In this document: piece after piece, positions 56,399-64,000 of the stretch | Layout: each line of letters opens with the position of its first letter | Numbering within the stretch: the stretch's first letter is position 1 | Source: the human T2T-CHM13v2.0 reference genome, Homo sapiens | DNA: 64,000 bases | Assembly: GCF_009914755.1 (NCBI RefSeq) | Contig: NC_060947.1 | Strand: one strand, 5' to 3' | Notes under the pieces: model-generated | What the model saw: the letters and a program-made list of their open reading frames with translations, nothing else | The model's database searches: none | Told to the model about the DNA's origin: nothing | Translations under genes and position numbers: made by a program

Positions 56399-58494
56399 GA
56401 AGCAGGCAGGCAGTAGATTGGGTTAATTTCTGAAAGTCACCTGTCTAGGGAGACTGAGTGAAGATTAGACAAAAATACTTTAAAAATTACTTTCTATTAG
56501 ACTACTTGGTTAATGAGAAATTATGAAACTGATTGAGAAATGGGCTTCTTGAAATTTCCTCTCTGGTTTTCTTTTACTTCTGGCCTTTGTCTTCTTGTAA
56601 ACAGTCCTCAGGGAACAAGATGCAAAACTCCAGGTTATTATGAAATGACACTTTCAAGCAGAGAGAGCTCAAGTCCAACAATGAGGTTTCATTATCACCT
56701 GGGGACAGGACTATGGTTGGCTGACTTGTACCTCTTGCTGTCATTTCCGCATCATTTTCAGAAGGAAGAGCTCAGGAAGCAAGCCTCAGGAGGAGGGGCA
56801 GCTCCTGAGGCTGCTGTAGATTTTAACTCAATTGAACTGTGAGCCATTTTCACCCAACTGCATAGATTAGATAAAATCAGTGAACTCCAAAAACACTGTT
56901 CAAGTCTCAGAAAACTAACATGGGGCTCAAGGACAGTCGATTTACTCTGCTGGCTTGGCCAGCTTCCTGATGAGAGAGAGCTCTCATGCATGGGGGTTGG
57001 GGTAGAACCAATAGACACAAGCCAGGGCTGCCTGGAAGCTTGCAGGCAGGAGCTGCTGTTCACTTTCCGGACTGATGCTAAACCTCCCCTGAGTGGTAGG
57101 GGGCTTCTTCCAAAGGCACCTTAGGACAGGACAAACAACTTATGCAAATTGACCTTGGGGTTTGGCAGAAGTACCCAGGCAGAGGGAATTTATGTATTGT
57201 CTCCTTCCCTTCTGCCCCCACTTCTTTCACCATTTACGATCATCTCAGTGGCTGCTTTTCCCCACACATGTGATTTAGCGTCTTTTGTACTTGGCACTCA
57301 AATGCCTCCTGCCTTTTAGCCGGCCTCCCCATTAAGGTTCTAGGACTTTCCATCAGCTAGCTACTTCTACATGAAACTCCTGCCTGCTCAATGTTCTGAA
57401 AGTACCTTGCCCTGTTAGCTTAGCTTGGAGTCTAGCTGGAAAGGAATGAGGGTGTTCATGCTCACACCTGGAAGGGCTTATTGTCCATGTTTGGTGTTTG
57501 GGTAGTGGCAGAATAATTATCATAATTATCCTGCTGAAGAGGAGGCTTAATGTGCTGGTCACAGCCCTTCTCACCTCCTGGTTTTGCAAAAAGCATTCAG
57601 GCACCAAGTGCCCTACATGAAGACAGACGTGTGATAGTTGCCCATTTGCTGCCTCTGGCTGATACTCTTCATTGAGGCCCAGAAGAGTAACAAGAACAAG
57701 GCAATTGGGAGGCAAGAAAAGGTCACTCAGCCAGGGCTTGGCAACCTCTGTAATCTGAAGGGCTACCAACTATGGCATGAAGGGGTAGAAAAGGAAATTG
57801 TTTTATGTTGAGTGTCTGCTCTATGCCAGGCCCTCTTAGGGCATATCCATTCCCATTATTTAATTTCACGTTCATGCTAACCCTGAAAGGTAGGTTACTA
57901 CTATATCCATTTAGAAGAAAAGAAAACTATGGTACAAGAAGGTAAAGTGATTTTCCAAGCTAGTTAATGGCTATACTAGGGAGAGGGGAAAGGAAAGAAA
58001 TATGAGACAAAAGAGAAATGGCACAAGACACATAGAGAAGGGTGAGTGAGAAGGTGGTAGGTCTTGAGAGGAAGTTCAGATTCACCCAAGTCAAAGGAAC
58101 AGGGAAAGATGATGTTAAAGGGCCTCAACAATAGGACAGCTGGCTCTCACCCATCCAAGCTGTGCTAGGGTCCAAATGTGCCTTTCATTTAAGTTGGCCA
58201 ACAGATACCATCATAGATTAATAAAGCCTCCTTCCTCAAAGCTCTCTGGGTGTCAATGAGGACTAGCCAATGTCTTAGGGCAGGTATAGTATAAGCAGAA
58301 AGATTTTCTTAAATATTCATCCAGTCGTACCCCCAAATACTTGAGTCAAATGCTGTACTGCAGGTCACCAGCAGCAGGAGGTACAGAGGGCCTGGACTCA
58401 GAGGCAAGTAGTGGTCATTAGAGGAAACTTCCAGTAAATATAATTTGAATTTTTGCCCATTGCCTTTGACTGGAGCCAATGATCAAAAACATTG

Positions 58495-59275
58495 GAATGT
58501 CAGGAAAATGCAAATCAAAACCATAATGAGATACTGCTTCATACCCACTAGGATGGCTGGAATCAAAAAGTCAGATAATAATGAGAGTTGATGAGTATGT
58601 AGCAAAATCAAACCCATCAAACACTCTGGTGGGAATGTAAAATAGTGCAGCCACTTTGGAAAATACTCTGGCAGTTCCTCAAACAAATAAACATACTTAC
58701 TATATGATCCAGCAGTTATACTCTTAGGTAGAAAGAAAATGAAAATGAAAATGAAAACATATATCCATGCATAAATTTGTACATAAATGTTTACAGTAGA
58801 ATTATTCATAATAACCAAAAAGTGGAAACAACTCAAATGTACACCAACTAGTGAACGGACAAAGAAAATGTGGTATACCCATACAACGGAATGTTATTAG
58901 TCCATAAAACGGAATGAAGTACTTGATACAACATGAACGAATCTTGAAAACATTATACTAACTGAAAGAAACCAATCACAAGAGAATATATATATTATAT
59001 TATTCTATTAATATGAAATGTCTAGAATAGGGATACCTTACACAAAGAAAGTATATTAGTGGTTGCTTGGGTCTGGGGAGAATGTGGGAATGTGGAGGTG
59101 AAAGCTAAAGGGTATGGGATTTCTTTTCAAGATGATGAAAATCTAAAATTGACTGTGGTGATGGTTGCACATAAATAACTGATACATACTAAATATATTA
59201 AAAATCATTGAATTATACACATTAAATGGGTGAATTGTATGGGATGTGAATTATATCTCAATAAAGCTATTAAAC
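58495..59275 (+). mobile_element. L1MB-like 3' end
   Basis: GGAAAATGCAAATCAAAACC... through GAATTATATCTCAATAAAGCT. Confidence 0.85.
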
Positions 59276-60311
59276 AACATTAGGAATGAGGGGAAGAGGG
59301 GAAAAAAGGAAGCCATTTTAGCTCATGCTGCCATCAAAATCTACTGCAGGCTTCTTAGCCACTAGGCCTATGTTGCCATGGAGACTGCCTCAGAGTGAAT
59401 ACTGTTTGTCAAATGGGGATAATAATGCCTGCCCTATATATATCACAGGATTACTGTGGGTTTCAAATGAGGTAATAGATGTGAAGTCACATTGAAAAGC
59501 TAAATGCACTACACAAAACAAGGAATTATTGTTATTAAGATGGCTTCTGTTGAATACAAAATAGTATGCATACTATGATTGACTGCAACTATGCTACAAA
59601 AATAGGTATATACTCAGCAGCTAATATGCAAAAACAATAAAAATTGTCAAGTTAGGGTGGTAGAATTATGGATGTTTAAAGTTACTGATGTGTCATTTGC
59701 TTTATAAGAAGAAAAAGATGATGAAAAAGATGGCTGATCTCAGCTAAAATCAGAAGGGATGGATCTGGTAGAGGGGCCTACATTTATATTCCTGGTCCTG
59801 AAAGAAAATCAGGCAAAGGGCCTTTCTCTGGCATTCCTTGTTTTTCTCCTTGCCCAGGAATTGTTTCTTCAGATGCCATTTCATAGACTATTTGGGTGAC
59901 GGCATTGACCATAAGTCATGTGGCTTCTTGGTGCTCTCTCTCTACCCCGTTGCCCCCAATACTAGTTCTAAGCAATTCCCCTGATCCTTTGCCTTCTCAA
60001 ATCTTACCCACGTGTCAAAGGCCTAGCTCCAGCCCTACCACCACTGAATGCCTTCTCTGACCTCTGGAATCCAAGATAAGCCACTATGGCACTTGGAGTT
60101 TGTTCCCCCAGCTTAGACCTCATTCTCTAGATGTCCGCGTGTCCATTGGTGTCTTCACCTTGACTGCCAACTCCTTGAGAAAAGGGACTGTGTCTTCTCC
60201 CTCTCATGTAACCCTCATGACACTAAGCAAAGGACTGAACATCGAGCACACATTCAGTGGGGCCTTGTTGTATTGCCTATTTACTTTAACTCAGGACGAA
60301 AAAATACTCAC

Positions 60312-60401
60312 AATGTGTCTGGCAGCAAAGACCCCGTCAACTATGGCACAACAAAAAGCCGCAATCACACCAAAGCTGATAAACACGATAGAAGCCACCA
60401 G
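60312..60401 (-). CDS. TMEM255A: TMEM255A coding exon (TM helix)
   Basis: 90 nt, flanked by ctacag and gtgagt, encoding [30 protein letters not shown]. Confidence 0.95.
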
Positions 60402-61540
60402 CTGTAGGGGGGAATAAAACAAAAGCGTCTGTTAGCCTTTCGCACTTGCTGCCTCTGGGGACCAGGCAATCCCCAAGAGACTTCCAGCCAAAGCAGAACT
60501 CTAGCCTACCACCCCATGGGAATGCTCTTTTTGGTCATGCAGGATGAGTGGAAGGGAGGTAGGCAGGGGAGGCAGAGAATGGGCAACTGAAGCAATTTTT
60601 ACATTTTCAGGGAAAGCTAAGAAATTCACTCTGTGAGCACCAAATGAAGAGGAGGCTTGCTGGTATCTAGCATGCTGTCCATGAAGGAATTTGACTGCAC
60701 GGCCCTTCCATCCTTGGACTCAGAAATAATGTTGGACTTTTGACATTAGGTAGTTCAATCCTCTATTTTATTTATGTAGAAATGGAGGCACAGTGAGGGG
60801 AAATGGTGTGCCCAGGGTCTCCATCTAGTCTGTGGAAAAGCCTGGTGCTCACCAACTCCTAATCCAGTGTTCTTTTTACCCCCTCACACTGCTACTTGAT
60901 GCTATAGTGGGCACTGATGAAGGCAATGATGATTCCGGGGTCCTGCAAAACTTTACATGACCTTCTGCAACACTGAAGAAACAGGACATTCAACTTAAGA
61001 CTTACATGTCAAGGACATTTTACAAAGGATTGAAGTCTCTGAATCAACGTTGTATGATACATATTTTTAAAATTTTTAAATTTTTTTAGAGACAGGTCTC
61101 CTATGTTGCCTAGAGTGGTCTCAAACTCCTGAGAACAGCAATCCTCCTGCCTCAGCCTCCCAAAGTGCTGGAATTACAAGTGTGAGCCACTATGCACAGC
61201 CAGTATGGTACATATAAAAACTTTCAAGTAAGACAAATGTTTGCTAGAACCAGGCTACCCTATTCTCTAATTGTGTTAGATAACAGAAATTTTCCTAATA
61301 ATTTGTCTACTATTACAAAGATGCTACTACAACCAAATGTGGGGGAAAATAGGAATTTCAAGGCTTTTCCAGGGGCAGAGATAGATGCTACCTGAGCTGA
61401 CCGCCTGCCTGTGTTGACCCTCAGAACTAGATGGAATCAGCACTTTTTTTCCCTGAGGTTTTTGGAAGAAAAGAGGGGGAGATCACATGGCATCAAGCTG
61501 CTCTCCAGGGAGAAGGAGAAAATCAAAATCAAGGCCACCC

Positions 61541-61882
<342 letters not shown>

Positions 61883-63049
61883 TTATCTCCTTTGGGAGTT
61901 GTTCAGAAACCTCTCCCCATAATTCTCACTTTATAGTGTTACAGAGAATTGGTAAATAATGTATGAACAATGTCATGAAATTGACATTATTAGCTATGCT
62001 ATGATCAGCTCTACAATTAAAATTCCCCCATTATTTTGAATAATTTAAGCCTAAAGTGCAAACACAACTGGCAAGGAGGCAGCCCAGGTGAAATGGAAGA
62101 AAAAAACTATTAGAACTCCCTTGAGGGTGATTCCCCATATCGCTGGGGGAAAACATATGGTTAGAGTTCTCTGTCCTTGGAGCTATTACGTTATCTGATT
62201 AAACTTGCTGTGAAATAGACCCCATTGTCAAAGTTTCAGTGCCACAGAGACTGTACAGGGGGAGCCCAATCACCATCTGACCACTCACCAGGCATCTTGA
62301 TTTACAACTCTATAAAACTGCAATATGCTTGCAATTCAGTCTATATCTTCTACCTTTACCCTTGAGGGAGCCTTTTCAGATTGAACCAGGAAAGTATAAC
62401 AGCTTGCCCTTGTGGGCCCCTGTTAAGACATAGAAGCTTCACCTTCTGTTATATGCTTGTCCTTCCTTTCAATCTTACAACATGCTTAGCTTTGAACTAT
62501 GGGTAATGGAGATACTTTAGGATGGCTTTATAATTTTATTTTATCTTTTTTTGTGTGTGCCACAAGTACACTTGCTCATTAAATCAAAGTCTGCTATATT
62601 GTAATCTCCTAAAAGGCAGGAACTCTCTGTGAAAACTTGCCCAAAAGATTATGTATCAGAGAGAAAGATGTGACGGCCACCAATAATCCAGGGCTGTAGT
62701 AACAGAAATGTAAGCAAAAGCATTCTAGGTGAGGACCATAGCCTGATTGGATAGGTTGGAGCACTCCTTTGGGAGTAAGGAGGAAAGCAAAGGGCAAGAT
62801 CCAGAATATTCTATCCCTTTGGCATAAGGAATCTAGCTAGGCCAGTGAGGGAGCATCAAGCAAGATGAGAACCAATCCCATATCACAGGGTCACAGTAAA
62901 ACACATTCCCTAGAGGTTTAGGAGAAACGGCAAAGTAGCAGTTCCTTTTATGACCAAATCACACAAACTTAAGAAATGTGTTACTTATCCACATAAATGT
63001 TGTGCTTTTTTAGAGGAAGAACTTGACTCTATAAGGGATGAAAACTTAC

Positions 63050-63112
63050 CATCTGCCTTTTGTTCTCAATAAGGTTTGATCCAATGATTCCAAGGAACGA
63101 TCCAAAGCCGAG
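63050..63112 (-). CDS. TMEM255A: TMEM255A coding exon (upstream exons lie beyond the window)
   Basis: 63 nt, flanked by ttgcag and gtaagt, encoding LGFGSFLGIIGSNLIENKRQM. Confidence 0.95.
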
Positions 63113-63213
63113 CTGCAAAGCAATATGGCATACATAGTATGTGGGATGACAGTCAGGCTGACCACACAATCATTCCAGCCCCTTCATATGATTCAGGATA
63201 AAAGAAAAAACTG

Positions 63214-63544
<331 letters not shown>

Positions 63545-64000
63545 TTACACAAATACAGCATGTACAATAAAAGTATTTTTCCCACCATTTGCCAGTTTTC
63601 CCTTGTAGCTATGAATCATACCTAAGAAGAAACTTATGTGCCCAAAAACTAAAAGTAAAGGTCAACCATAGCTTTCAGAGCCTGCCTATTTCAATTGCAA
63701 TATCTATTACCTAGCATGTGACTGGTGAGTCAGTAAGAGACATATAATGATGAAAAGCACACATTATATTTTTATTTTTATCTTTTTTTTGAAAAAGACC
63801 TTCCACTTTGATGTATAGATCACAAAATAAAGGTTTGCAAAAGCAATTTTGATGCATCTGGCATACCAATCCAACTCAGGAAGTACTTTAGAAATCAGGA
63901 AGCACCTTAACCCACACTAAAAAATTTTTTTAAAAATCTTTTTTTTTGAAAGCCTGTATTTGTGGTTGACCCACTGCAATTTATGTTAGCACTTATTCAC

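Overview
This is human genomic DNA that I recognise as Xq24. It holds three gene units. (1) NKAPP1 is an intron-containing, duplicated NKAP pseudogene on the minus strand (~5.5-14.3 kb) that keeps its CpG-island first exon. (2) ZBTB33 (Kaiso) is complete on the plus strand, with a CpG-island promoter, a single coding exon at 22473-24494 (here a 673-aa, 7-Asp allele) and a ~3-kb 3' UTR. (3) The last eight coding exons of TMEM255A lie on the minus strand, ending tail-to-tail ~250 bp from ZBTB33. The rest is mostly transposon-derived: a MER4-group ERV 3' end, Alu, L1, L2, MIR, MaLR LTRs, MER2/MER3/MER5 and an intact MER85 piggyBac MITE. An intronic PFDN4 retrocopy is also present. I cannot support a wholly new biological system. 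The most unusual items are a PFDN4 retrocopy that appears to preserve an alternative CpG-island 5' exon, a frameshift-born ORF in NKAPP1, a 3' UTR hairpin overlapping an AATAAA, a candidate uORF-bearing cassette exon in ZBTB33, and an AluYa5 without target-site duplication. All gene and repeat names come from my recollection of the sequences, not from a database search, and repeat boundaries are approximate.
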